Under the pieces are notes generated by a model that ran no database searches, was not told the DNA's origin, and worked only from the letters and a program-made list of their open reading frames with translations. Source: a virus (Duplodnaviria; Caudoviricetes). Taken from it: 34,549 nucleotides of DNA. How positions within the stretch are numbered: position 1 is the stretch's first letter; each line of letters begins with the position of its first letter. The position numbers and the translations under genes were made by a program. Below, piece after piece: positions 9,206 to 17,387 of the stretch. The stretch is taken from positions 1-34,549 of IMG/VR virus record IMGVR_UViG_3300036943_000097. One strand, given 5' to 3'.

Positions 9206-10306
9206 TTACTTCCTCCCGAAGAACACCCTGCTGATGGCTTCGGTATCCCCCTCACCGTAGGAGGCCGTCTCGACCTTGGCGAATGGGGCGGGGGTGTGAG
9301 TGGTCGCTTGGAGCAACTGCGTGCGCAATTCCTCTATCGTCCTCTCGGTGGTCGTCTTGAACTCGGCGAACTCCTCGGAATGCAGGGAGCGTTCCTCCTC
9401 CTTGACCGCAGTCCTTGCGGACTTCCTTACTGTTCCCGAAGAACCCACCGCCACCGTTGATGACTTCCTGTTCCGTTCATCTTCTTCCTCTTCTTCCTCG
9501 GGTTCCTTGCGTTCCAGCATGGAGCGCAACTCCTGGAATCCCGTCTCAATCATGGAACGGGTCTCGGTGTTGGCGGTCTCCAATGCTTCAACGCGGGAGC
9601 CGAGGCTTCGGACAATCTCCTGGAGGTCTTCGCCTTCGGGAGCGTCCTCTCTCTTGACTTCTTCGGTCATAATCTTATCCTCCTTGTCCCTGGTACGGGC
9701 GTTGCCGTTGGCGATGCCCAACGCCAGGGGGTTGCTCGGTGTGTTGGTTAGGCTGAATTCCTTAATGTCCGTTGTTATCAGACGGTACTCGCATAACTCA
9801 TCATCGCAGACCCAATGCATACCGCCGTCGGTGTATGCGCCGATGGAGAGCCCGAGCATGACCTCCCCATCATCGTTGAGCCGTCTCTTCATGGCATCCC
9901 ACAGCATGTCGTACTTCTGCTGTCCCCGATAGAGTGTACCGAGGACATAAATGCCGACCTTGCCGGAGGGATGCTCTCTGACATCGTAATCGTAGATGGT
10001 ACCGTAGGTTCCGGCACGGTGCATGAGTGCGACCTCGCCACCGTTGTCGATGAAGGGGGGCATACAGCGTGCCATGGCATCGATGTCGAAAACAGTCTCG
10101 TGGCCATCCTGCACCTGGACACTCGCCCAGGCGGAGAACCACCGAACATCATCCTCAAGGGTGGAGAGCGCCCTCCACGCATCCCGCCTGGCGAGTTGCC
10201 AAGGGCCGGGGTGGGCGTTGTAGAGTTCCCTCCACTTCTCCTGCTGTGCCTCATCGAGGGACAGGCGGACTTGTGTGGGGAGTTCCTCAATCGTCTCGTA
10301 TGGCAT
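9206..10306 (-). CDS. ChaB domain - prohead protease - scaffold fusion
   Basis: MPYETIEELPTQVR..AWRA resembles ChaB. LMH, GLSIG and EFSLTNTPSNPLA match the HK97-type serine protease. The C-terminus is an acidic coiled coil. Confidence 0.85.
   Translation of the reverse strand: MPYETIEELPTQVRLSLDEAQQEKWRELYNAHPGPWQLARRDAWRALSTLEDDVRWFSAWASVQVQDGHETVFDIDAMARCMPPFIDNGGEVALMHRAGTYGTIYDYDVREHPSGKVGIYVLGTLYRGQQKYDMLWDAMKRRLNDDGEVMLGLSIGAYTDGGMHWVCDDELCEYRLITTDIKEFSLTNTPSNPLALGIANGNARTRDKEDKIMTEEVKREDAPEGEDLQEIVRSLGSRVEALETANTETRSMIETGFQELRSMLERKEPEEEEEEDERNRKSSTVAVGSSGTVRKSARTAVKEEERSLHSEEFAEFKTTTERTIEELRTQLLQATTHTPAPFAKVETASYGEGDTEAISRVFFGRK
9404..9476. repeat. 73-bp perfect inverted repeat, copy B
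   Basis: Exact reverse complement of 3660-3732; lies in the scaffold-coding region. Confidence 0.97.
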
Positions 10307-10424
10307 GGGTGCTCTCCTTGATGTCGATTTCGATGTCGTATCTTTTGCCGTTGATGGTCACTGTCGCCTTGACCCCATCCATTATGTTCAGGACGGGAGT
10401 GATGTTGAGGTCTATCCCCGTCAT
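10287..10424 (-). CDS. Small hypothetical protein (45 aa)
   Basis: MTGIDLNITPV...; GGAGG RBS; ATGA overlap with the upstream gene. Confidence 0.6.
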   Translation of the reverse strand: MTGIDLNITPVLNIMDGVKATVTINGKRYDIEIDIKESTHAIRDD

Positions 10425-10879
10425 AGTTTCCTCCTTGAGTATCCTGAAATGACAAGACCGCCTCTGTCGGTGATGCCTTTGTCCTCGATTATCTTCTGTG
10501 CTTCGGATACGATGCGGTCGGAGATGGCATACATCCCTTCCTTGGATATGTCCACCTTGTTGAGTTCCGAGCGGACTTTGTTCACGGCAGGGGTGAAATA
10601 GGGCTGGGGCCTTGTCCCCTTCTCGAATATCTTCTCCTGTATCTCGTATGCCCTCTCCAATGCCCTCTCCTTGTCGGTGATGTTGAGTTTCCGCCGTGTC
10701 CAAACAAAGAGGGGCTCTATGGGGGGGTTCGAGCCGGGCGGTCTACCATACTCCACGTCCGAGGCGTACTCGGCGGAGAAACCTGCCTCCACCGGTTGCA
10801 TGAGGCCCTCATCCTCCATGAGTTGCTCTATCTGGTCAATGGGGATTTCAATGTCAAGAGTGAGTTGGCCTCGGCTCAA
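10421..10879 (-). CDS. HK97 gp10-like neck/tail-completion protein, apparently circularly permuted
   Basis: AEYASDVEYG and GTRPQPYFTPA motifs. Probable TTG start overlaps the portal stop and follows GGAGG. Confidence 0.7.
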   Translation of the reverse strand: MSRGQLTLDIEIPIDQIEQLMEDEGLMQPVEAGFSAEYASDVEYGRPPGSNPPIEPLFVWTRRKLNITDKERALERAYEIQEKIFEKGTRPQPYFTPAVNKVRSELNKVDISKEGMYAISDRIVSEAQKIIEDKGITDRGGLVISGYSRRKL

Positions 10880-12963
10880 TCGTAGACCCTCCTGTATGTG
10901 TGACGGCAGTTGATGTGCGGCGTCCAATCGTCTATCATGCGGAAGCCGGGGGATGCGTATCTCATGCCTTCTTCCCTGACGATCTGCTTGAGGCGTTGGA
11001 GAGGGACGCCTTTACCTTCCTGCTTGATGCGGTCTTTGATTGCCTTGCACACCCTCGTCGTTCTGTGGTCATTCGCACCCACCCAATCGTAGATGGCGTC
11101 GGGAGGGTCGTTGGCGATGGTGTCCTGTTCCCGAGAGATGTTGGCGACCCGCCGGGATTCCGTACGGGCGATGGTCTCCGCCTTGTAGTAATCGAGATTG
11201 AAGGCGTCCTGCACCCTGCCGATTATGTTGTTTATCGACCATCCTTCGGGTTTGGACATCTCATCGATTAGGATGCGGTAGAGGTCCTCTACCTTGTCGG
11301 GGGCTATGGACTTTATCACGTCCTTGACGTAGTCGGCGGCGAGGGCGAGGTTGAGCGTCAGCTCGGGGCTGTCTTGGAGATATTGCCTGTTGGCTATGGA
11401 TGTGATGAAGTCCCATTCATCCTCGAAGTCGATGAGGGGCTTCCGGTTGTCGTCGAGGTCGCCATAGTTCGATTCCCTCATGACCTCCACCGGCTGCGGG
11501 GTGCGGTCGTGGACGATGGTGTCGCTGACGGCTATCTCCCTATTCTTGTATGTGACATCGAAGCCGATGTCGGAGAGTATCCGCATGACCTCCGCCTGTT
11601 TGAGCATGACCTCCATCTCGGCAAGGGTGTCCTCATCGTCCTCACGGGCTATGCGGAGGTTCCAATCGGTGATGGTGGGGAAATGGGCAAGGAGGGGGGT
11701 AAGGTGGGACTGCTCGAAGTGGGTGCGGACCTGTTCTATCTTCTGACCCCACATGGCCTGTTGCTCGGATTCCACGTTGAGGCCTCCGGCGTCGGTCATG
11801 TCGTTGAGCATCATGGCGGGGAAGTTGAACTTGGAAGCGATGTCGAGGACCATCCGTCGGCGGAGTTCCCACATCTCATTATTGGGGTCCTCCATCAGTT
11901 TCACCATCTCCATCGAGCCATTGTCCCCGAGGGAGAGGAACGAGGGGAGGTTGGGGTTCTCCTCCTTTGCCTCGACGAGCTTACGGACATTGGTGGTGAG
12001 GGTGTCCTGATTAGGGGATGTCACGCCGATGATGGCAGGGAGGTGGACATTCTCGTAGTAGTCCCTTACCCTGTAGTCGATGTTGATTATGGCGTTGCTG
12101 ACATCGGCGGCACGTAGTATCTCAGGATAACCGTAAATCATGCCGGGGTTGTATTCTGAGGAATGGATGACCTCGTCCTCGGTGTAGAGCATGTCGTTGC
12201 CGGTGCGGGTCTGATAGGCGATGGGGAAAGTGGGCTTGTCGCAGATGCGGCAACGGAGGCGGTCGGTCTCCGCGCGGTGTATGAGGCAGGTGCGTCTGTT
12301 CTCGTCAAGTCTGCCATGGCGGTCGTAGACCTTGACCATGTCCCGAGGGTCTACAGGGATGACGCCCTTCACCACACTGTGGACATCGTCGCCATTGAAG
12401 AGGTAGGACTTGGTCATCACCCAATAGGCGTTATCGGCTACGGTGCGGTGGCGCTCGGTGAGTTTGCAGACGTCGAGTAGGGACATCCGGCTGTCATTGG
12501 CACGGTCGAGGTATGATGTGCCGTTGAAATGGGCGAAGTGGCCTTGTTGTTCTGGGTCGGGTTCACGGAACTGCGACGATCCGCAGGAGCATTCGTCGAC
12601 GGTGTCATTCCACTCCCTTCCGCACTCCAGACATTTGGATGTGAATCTCGGCTCCCAGTGGAAGCCGTTGCGGAACGTGTAGTTCACGAGGTTGGTTACG
12701 ATGGTGGAGAACGGAGAGCACTGCCCCTCGTAATAATACGCCATCTCCAGTAGGCGTGAGAATGTGAGGTTCGCCGTTGACGTCTCCCTTGGAAGGTCAG
12801 GCTTGGGGGTTCCTGCGAGGGAATCCTTGCCCTTGCCGTGGGTGACGTAACGGGCCATCATCTCAAACGGCGACCTCATATGGTCGTTGAGGGTGGTAGG
12901 GGGCGATACTGTGTTCTCTTTGTTCGCTGGAGAGGATTCGAGGAGAGTGCCGTATGCCCCCAT
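10876..12963 (-). CDS. Portal protein fused to a MuF/SPP1 gp7-like minor head domain
   Basis: Portal-like VIPVDPRDMV, YTEDEVIH, IYGYPEI and IASKFNFPAMML. C-terminal IARTE, DHRTTRVC and PHINCRH. Start placed at ATG 12963 from TATA spacing. Confidence 0.88.
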   Translation of the reverse strand: MGAYGTLLESSPANKENTVSPPTTLNDHMRSPFEMMARYVTHGKGKDSLAGTPKPDLPRETSTANLTFSRLLEMAYYYEGQCSPFSTIVTNLVNYTFRNGFHWEPRFTSKCLECGREWNDTVDECSCGSSQFREPDPEQQGHFAHFNGTSYLDRANDSRMSLLDVCKLTERHRTVADNAYWVMTKSYLFNGDDVHSVVKGVIPVDPRDMVKVYDRHGRLDENRRTCLIHRAETDRLRCRICDKPTFPIAYQTRTGNDMLYTEDEVIHSSEYNPGMIYGYPEILRAADVSNAIINIDYRVRDYYENVHLPAIIGVTSPNQDTLTTNVRKLVEAKEENPNLPSFLSLGDNGSMEMVKLMEDPNNEMWELRRRMVLDIASKFNFPAMMLNDMTDAGGLNVESEQQAMWGQKIEQVRTHFEQSHLTPLLAHFPTITDWNLRIAREDDEDTLAEMEVMLKQAEVMRILSDIGFDVTYKNREIAVSDTIVHDRTPQPVEVMRESNYGDLDDNRKPLIDFEDEWDFITSIANRQYLQDSPELTLNLALAADYVKDVIKSIAPDKVEDLYRILIDEMSKPEGWSINNIIGRVQDAFNLDYYKAETIARTESRRVANISREQDTIANDPPDAIYDWVGANDHRTTRVCKAIKDRIKQEGKGVPLQRLKQIVREEGMRYASPGFRMIDDWTPHINCRHTYRRVYD

Positions 12964-12986
12964 GGGATTTATTAGGGATGTTGTCA

Positions 12987-12994
12987 ATATATAA
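12987..12994 (-). promoter_or_regulatory. TATA box, head operon (leaderless)
   Basis: TTATATAT at -31..-24 from ATG 12963. Confidence 0.7.
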
Positions 12995-13010
12995 GTATTA
13001 CCTTACAGGG

Positions 13011-13253
13011 TCATACGATAATGATTGTGTCCCGTTTGAGGACGACCTCCGCCTCGAGCATGTGCTGTTTGGTGACGATGTGCACCGCTACGCTGTCGCC
13101 TTTACCCATGGAATAGTGCGTCTTGATGCCCTTCTCGGCGAGTGACATCGCTTTATAGACCTCGCCATGATTGTATTCTATCTCCTCGGGGTGGGAGAAA
13201 GTCCTCCGCATGAGTTCATTGGTACCTGCGACGATGGCGACGGTGGAATACAT
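13011..13253 (-). CDS. Hypothetical protein
   Basis: 80 aa; TGATG coupling to the upstream gene; GAGGTG RBS. Confidence 0.7.
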   Translation of the reverse strand: MYSTVAIVAGTNELMRRTFSHPEEIEYNHGEVYKAMSLAEKGIKTHYSMGKGDSVAVHIVTKQHMLEAEVVLKRDTIIIV

Positions 13254-13474
13254 CAGACACCTCTGAGATGGGCGATGATGTTCGATGCCCCGACGATCGC
13301 CCTTTCATCAGGTGTGATGAGTGCCGGGACTGACTGCAGTCCGAAGTATGACATCTCCGCCATGCCTTCCGGGGATAGTGCATCCATGGTGATTGCTATG
13401 CTGTCGAGGTTCGGTATCGCCTTGCGGACGGTGACGCATCCGGGACAGTTATTTGTCGTTAGGAATTTGTACAT
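13253..13474 (-). CDS. Glutaredoxin/thioredoxin-like protein
   Basis: CPGC motif and GLQSVPAL cis-Pro loop; AAGGAGG RBS. Confidence 0.85.
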   Translation of the reverse strand: MYKFLTTNNCPGCVTVRKAIPNLDSIAITMDALSPEGMAEMSYFGLQSVPALITPDERAIVGASNIIAHLRGV

Positions 13475-13551
13475 GTGTCTAATCCTCCTTCTTATCTGTG
13501 TTCATTTGTAAATCACGTTCCGATGGTTTTGTTTTTTGATTAGATGTCTGT

Positions 13552-13827
13552 CTAAATATTTATCGGTTCATTGAACAGATGCCATCTTAACAACCGCTTG
13601 AATACGATTGCATTCTCGGTGAGATACACGTCATCGGATAACGCATAACCCTCTGTGATACATTCGAACTTCCATACGAAGTCCTTGGCGGCATCCACGC
13701 CCGTTTCCCCGTAGGCGTATAGGTTAAGTTCCCTATTCTCCACCCATACGCACTTCGGCTCGGTATCGTCATCCATGAAGTCCGCATAGATGGGGTTCTT
13801 GCAGTCTATCACCTTGATGCGTGGCAT
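13552..13827 (-). CDS. HicB-like domain protein (tentative)
   Basis: ELNLYAYGETGVDAAKDF resembles the HicB N-terminal motif; lower GC than its neighbours. Confidence 0.5.
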   Translation of the reverse strand: MPRIKVIDCKNPIYADFMDDDTEPKCVWVENRELNLYAYGETGVDAAKDFVWKFECITEGYALSDDVYLTENAIVFKRLLRWHLFNEPINI

Positions 13828-13828
13828 A

Positions 13829-14293
13829 TCATATCCTCTTGAAGTCTATGCGGTTGAGCCAATGGTCTGTGTTGCCACAGAACGAGCAACCGGCCATGAT
13901 GCGGTTGTGCTTGGTCGACCAGAACTCGGGGATGCGTTTCATGTGCAGTGTTCCGCAGGACGGGCAACGCCATTGCATCTGGAGAGGTTCGTGTATCTCG
14001 CCCAATTGCTCATAGGCTATCTTCTCGGGGAGGACGTCCATGGGGAGCCATGTCCTGTCAGGGGTCTTGGCGAGCCTGTCCTTGAGGATGGCGTCGTTAC
14101 CTTGGAAATACCTCCCCTCGATGTCTTTCTTCTTCATGTTGTCGTTGATGCGTTTCATCTTCCGATCCATGATGTGGGCGTATTCCTCGGAGAAGCTGTC
14201 CTTTGTCGGTTTCTCGTATATGGGGACATGCTCCCTCTTTATGTCATGGTCGTCCTGCCCGTATCCTTGTCTTTTCAGTTTCATCATTGCCAT
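13829..14293 (-). CDS. Zinc-ribbon protein
   Basis: CPSCG and CSFCG motifs; overlaps the end of terL. Confidence 0.7.
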   Translation of the reverse strand: MAMMKLKRQGYGQDDHDIKREHVPIYEKPTKDSFSEEYAHIMDRKMKRINDNMKKKDIEGRYFQGNDAILKDRLAKTPDRTWLPMDVLPEKIAYEQLGEIHEPLQMQWRCPSCGTLHMKRIPEFWSTKHNRIMAGCSFCGNTDHWLNRIDFKRI

Positions 14294-15708
14294 GAGAATC
14301 CTCCTGCTGTCTGCATCCTCCTGCCGGGGGCGAACAGCCCCTCTGTAGTGGGTGCCTTCGTTGTCGGTGTGTCATACTTGTTCAAGTGGGAAAGCCCTTG
14401 GGAGAGTGCATCAACGATGTCGTCATGCTCTCCTGAGGGGAATGACGCACACTCCTCGATTGCGGTCGGTGTCCACTCCGCCTTGGATGGCAGGGATAGG
14501 CGGCCGCCTTCGATTATTGACGCTATGGCGTTGACCCGGGACACCTTGTCCTTGTCCACCCGGATGGCCTTGATGGGGATGTCGGTGTTATGGCGGAGGT
14601 CTTGGATGAGGGTCTGCCCCGATGCGCAGTCCTCGATGAGCACGATGTCGGGCTGGTGCTGTTGATAGTGGGATATTGCCATTCTTCGCATATCGGGATA
14701 CTCCCATTTGCCGCGTATCATGTCGATGGCTTGTATACCGGTGTCAGTCTTGCGAAGCGTCCAGCATACGCTGTAATCGTTCTCCTGTCCGGACTTGAAG
14801 GCGGTGTCCCATGATTGGATGGTGATGCCTTCGGATGGGGTGTCGTGGAACTGCCACCACTCACGCTTGATGATGTTGCCCTCGTCGGTGGATGGGTTGC
14901 CTTGATAGAGGGCGTTGAAGGTACGGGTACCTACAGTCTCCCTGATGCTCTGAAGAATCTCCACGGGATAACGTTCCGGCCATAGTGCCTTGTTGTCATT
15001 GTCGATGGCAGGAAGGTGGAGTACCTCCCATTGGTCTGCCTCCGGGTTCAGTTCCGCCTGTTTGAGCAGACGGCCTGCGAGGTCATCCCAGTGCCATCTG
15101 GTTTGAATCAGTATCACGGAACCTCCGGGGTGCAGACGGGTGTATGCGGTGGATGTGTACCAATCCCATATCTTGTCCCTCATGGTCTGCGACATCGCCT
15201 CCTCCATGTTTTTCAAGGGGTCGTCGATAAGTATGCAAGAAGCCCCCTCGCCGGTGATTGGCCCCCCGACACCTGCAGCGATGTATGATGGGCGGTTGTT
15301 CTCCTTGCCGGAGATCATCCACTTCCGTGAGGTGTCCTTCTCCAATTGGTATTTCCATATACGTTGGTACTTCTCCGACTGCACGATCCTGCGTGTCGCC
15401 TCGGAGAAGGTTGTGGCGAGGTCGGCTGAATAGGAACAGGCGATTATCTGCTCTTGGGGATTGTTGCCCAGATACCATGCCGGGAACTGTATGGAAGTAG
15501 TCTCACTCTTGCCGTGACGGGGTGGGGTGATTATCATCAGCCGTTTGCACTTCCCGTTAGCCACCTCCATGAGCTTGTCGCACATCTTCCGCAGGTGTTC
15601 CGCCTCGATGAAGTTGGGGATGGTGTAGCGCATGAACTCGTAGAGGTCATCCTCCGCCTTGATGAGTTTGCGCAGTTCACTCGCTATCAGTCTCTTCGGT
15701 GAGGGCAT
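14284..15708 (-). CDS. terL: Terminase large subunit
   Basis: Walker A PPRHGKS, Walker B ILIDD, IQTRWH, SWDTA and HDDIVDA nuclease motifs. Confidence 0.97.
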   Translation of the reverse strand: MPSPKRLIASELRKLIKAEDDLYEFMRYTIPNFIEAEHLRKMCDKLMEVANGKCKRLMIITPPRHGKSETTSIQFPAWYLGNNPQEQIIACSYSADLATTFSEATRRIVQSEKYQRIWKYQLEKDTSRKWMISGKENNRPSYIAAGVGGPITGEGASCILIDDPLKNMEEAMSQTMRDKIWDWYTSTAYTRLHPGGSVILIQTRWHWDDLAGRLLKQAELNPEADQWEVLHLPAIDNDNKALWPERYPVEILQSIRETVGTRTFNALYQGNPSTDEGNIIKREWWQFHDTPSEGITIQSWDTAFKSGQENDYSVCWTLRKTDTGIQAIDMIRGKWEYPDMRRMAISHYQQHQPDIVLIEDCASGQTLIQDLRHNTDIPIKAIRVDKDKVSRVNAIASIIEGGRLSLPSKAEWTPTAIEECASFPSGEHDDIVDALSQGLSHLNKYDTPTTKAPTTEGLFAPGRRMQTAGGFSWQ

Positions 15709-16141
15709 CGAGCATCTCCATAAGTTCCGCCTTGCTCATGTCCTTGACACGGGATTCGATGGCAATGGTCTTGGGTGTCTGCTTGAGTGCGCCACGGTTC
15801 TCCAGCCACTTGTTCCAATCCATCAGGACACGCCATGCCTTCTCCTTGTCATCGTTCCGCATGAATGAGTTGTATATGTTCTCGAACGCTGTCTGCGTGA
15901 GTGACACGGCATAGTCGCCAAGGGATTCGGACAGGTAGGACTGTATCTCCTTGACATCACGGGAGATTATCTGCTGTGACACGCCATAGAGTTTGGCGAG
16001 TTTGGATTGCTTGATGCCATAGGGATGTCCTGCGTCTATCATCTTCTGCAGTATGTCCGCCCTCCGCTGATGTGCATTGAACTGGTCAGGGGGGAGATCG
16101 TCGGGAATGTCCGCCACGAGATAGTTTCGGTCAGAGGCCAT
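15677..16141 (-). CDS. terS: Terminase small subunit (HTH)
   Basis: QSKLAKLYGVSQQIISRD helix-turn-helix; overlaps the terL start; start at ATG 16141 from TATA spacing. Confidence 0.75.
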   Translation of the reverse strand: MASDRNYLVADIPDDLPPDQFNAHQRRADILQKMIDAGHPYGIKQSKLAKLYGVSQQIISRDVKEIQSYLSESLGDYAVSLTQTAFENIYNSFMRNDDKEKAWRVLMDWNKWLENRGALKQTPKTIAIESRVKDMSKAELMEMLDALTEETDSE

Positions 16142-16163
16142 TACATCAAAATACAACTTGTAT

Positions 16164-16171
16164 ATATATAA
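16164..16171 (-). promoter_or_regulatory. TATA box, packaging operon (leaderless)
   Basis: TTATATAT at -30..-23 from ATG 16141. Confidence 0.7.
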
Positions 16172-16289
16172 GAATTAGGAAAGGTGTTTAGGGGTGCTCT
16201 CACTCTTTTATCACCAGTCTGCTGTACTCAGGCTTGGACTGTGCATCCGCAACCGCATAGCACATATCCGTCGTTTTGTTCTTGGGTCA

Positions 16290-16418
16290 TTAAATCACCA
16301 CATATCCCTTGGCGGTCAATTCGGCCTTGACGTGTTGAATGGATGTCTCATCCACAGTCCACATACGGGCGTCCGGGTCCCATAGTTGTTGTTTAAATGG
16401 GATTATGGATGCCTCCAC
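16290..16418 (-). CDS. Small protein (42 aa) with a HARP-like WDP..W motif
   Basis: Below the ORF-track cutoff: MEASIIPFKQQLWDPDARMWTVDETSIQHVKAELTAKGYVVI; GTG start after AAGGAG. Confidence 0.5.
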   Translation of the reverse strand: MEASIIPFKQQLWDPDARMWTVDETSIQHVKAELTAKGYVVI

Positions 16419-16618
16419 ACCCTCTCCTTGGACGAAATGTATCCGAGATAGCGGAGGTGCTGCTGGACCTCCTTGGGCGTGGGTGCCATCTTGGGGTGGT
16501 GCTCGGAAATCGTGTCCACCACTGAGTGGACAGTGATGACGTTCAGTTGTGATGCGGCTGTAGCGACCATCTCACGGATGGACGGTGGCTTGGGAACATT
16601 GCTCCATCCCGGCATCAT
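16403..16618 (-). CDS. Hypothetical protein, possibly winged helix
   Basis: MMPGWSNVPK...; ATGA coupling to 16615..16815. Confidence 0.6.
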   Translation of the reverse strand: MMPGWSNVPKPPSIREMVATAASQLNVITVHSVVDTISEHHPKMAPTPKEVQQHLRYLGYISSKERVWRHP

Positions 16619-16815
16619 TTCACCTTGTACCATGTCGATGACCCGGTGGACAGGGAATATCGGGCGAATGCGGGATGCCGTGCGAGTTCTATGCCGACAT
16701 ATCTGCGGTAGTTCTTCGGCAGGTCGAGCTGCCTTGTTACTTCCCGAGTGGAGATGTACTTCCCCTTGGGGATGGCCGAGAGATGGGTCCTTATCACTTC
16801 TTGGAGTTTGGTCAT
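16615..16815 (-). CDS. Small basic protein, possibly winged helix
   Basis: 66 aa; ATGA overlaps at both ends. Confidence 0.65.
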   Translation of the reverse strand: MTKLQEVIRTHLSAIPKGKYISTREVTRQLDLPKNYRRYVGIELARHPAFARYSLSTGSSTWYKVK

Positions 16816-17129
16816 TCACTCAACCTCCGCAACGCCTCGGCATGGAATCTGATGACAAACGCCATCTTTTCAGCCCTCTTACGGTGGATGGGAACATTTG
16901 CCATCATTAGAATCTTCCCGATTATTCTGTTGCATGACAGACATACGCCTTCGACCATGTGTTCAGGAAGGGCCACACCATCGCATATCCTACAATGGAT
17001 TCCCTCTCCATTCGCCAACCGTTGCCTGTTGAATTCATCACGTTCCTCGGCCTCACGGAACGCCCTCTCAAGGTTTGTTACCTTCTCATCGGTATCTATG
17101 TCTATGTCAGTGCCGAATGTGTCGTTCAT
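16812..17129 (-). CDS. Zinc-finger protein
   Basis: CRIC...CLSC; GAGGTGA RBS. Confidence 0.7.
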   Translation of the reverse strand: MNDTFGTDIDIDTDEKVTNLERAFREAEERDEFNRQRLANGEGIHCRICDGVALPEHMVEGVCLSCNRIIGKILMMANVPIHRKRAEKMAFVIRFHAEALRRLSE

Positions 17130-17142
17130 CTTTGTTCACCTC
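17126..17142 (-). repeat. 17-bp direct repeat GAGGTGAACAAAGATGA (RBS plus start), copy 1
   Basis: Identical to 18283-18299. Confidence 0.85.
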
Positions 17143-17387
17143 TTCCTTATTGTTATAACATCTTTTATATCTGGCATATATGGCGCATAATCCCAAAATA
17201 TAAAGGCCACTGTAATGGACATGACTATTGTTGCAATTACCAAGACATTGACGGATATATCATACAACAACTGATTGGGAAGGATTGTTCCCCCGATGAG
17301 ACCTATGGTGGACAATATGATGATATAAAGAGTGATGAGGAGAATTGCATCCACCTCAATATCTACTTCATATTCGCCTATGTTCAT
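17136..17387 (-). CDS. Small membrane protein (two hydrophobic segments)
   Basis: Two ~20-aa hydrophobic stretches; AT-rich; ATGA coupling. Confidence 0.7.
   Translation of the reverse strand: MNIGEYEVDIEVDAILLITLYIIILSTIGLIGGTILPNQLLYDISVNVLVIATIVMSITVAFIFWDYAPYMPDIKDVITIRKR

Noticed and set aside
3640-9500. Bulge-helix-bulge splicing of the mRNA at the 73-bp duplex, or a hammerhead or C/D-box RNA within it
   Set aside because: The flanks do not form a 3-4-3 BHB motif, and TTGATGA lacks the remaining hammerhead core and a correctly placed D box.
16228-16290. 20-codon ORF MTQEQNDGYVLCGCGCTVQA with possible TGA readthrough
   Set aside because: Too short to support; the downstream frame runs into the terS promoter and no recoding signal is evident.
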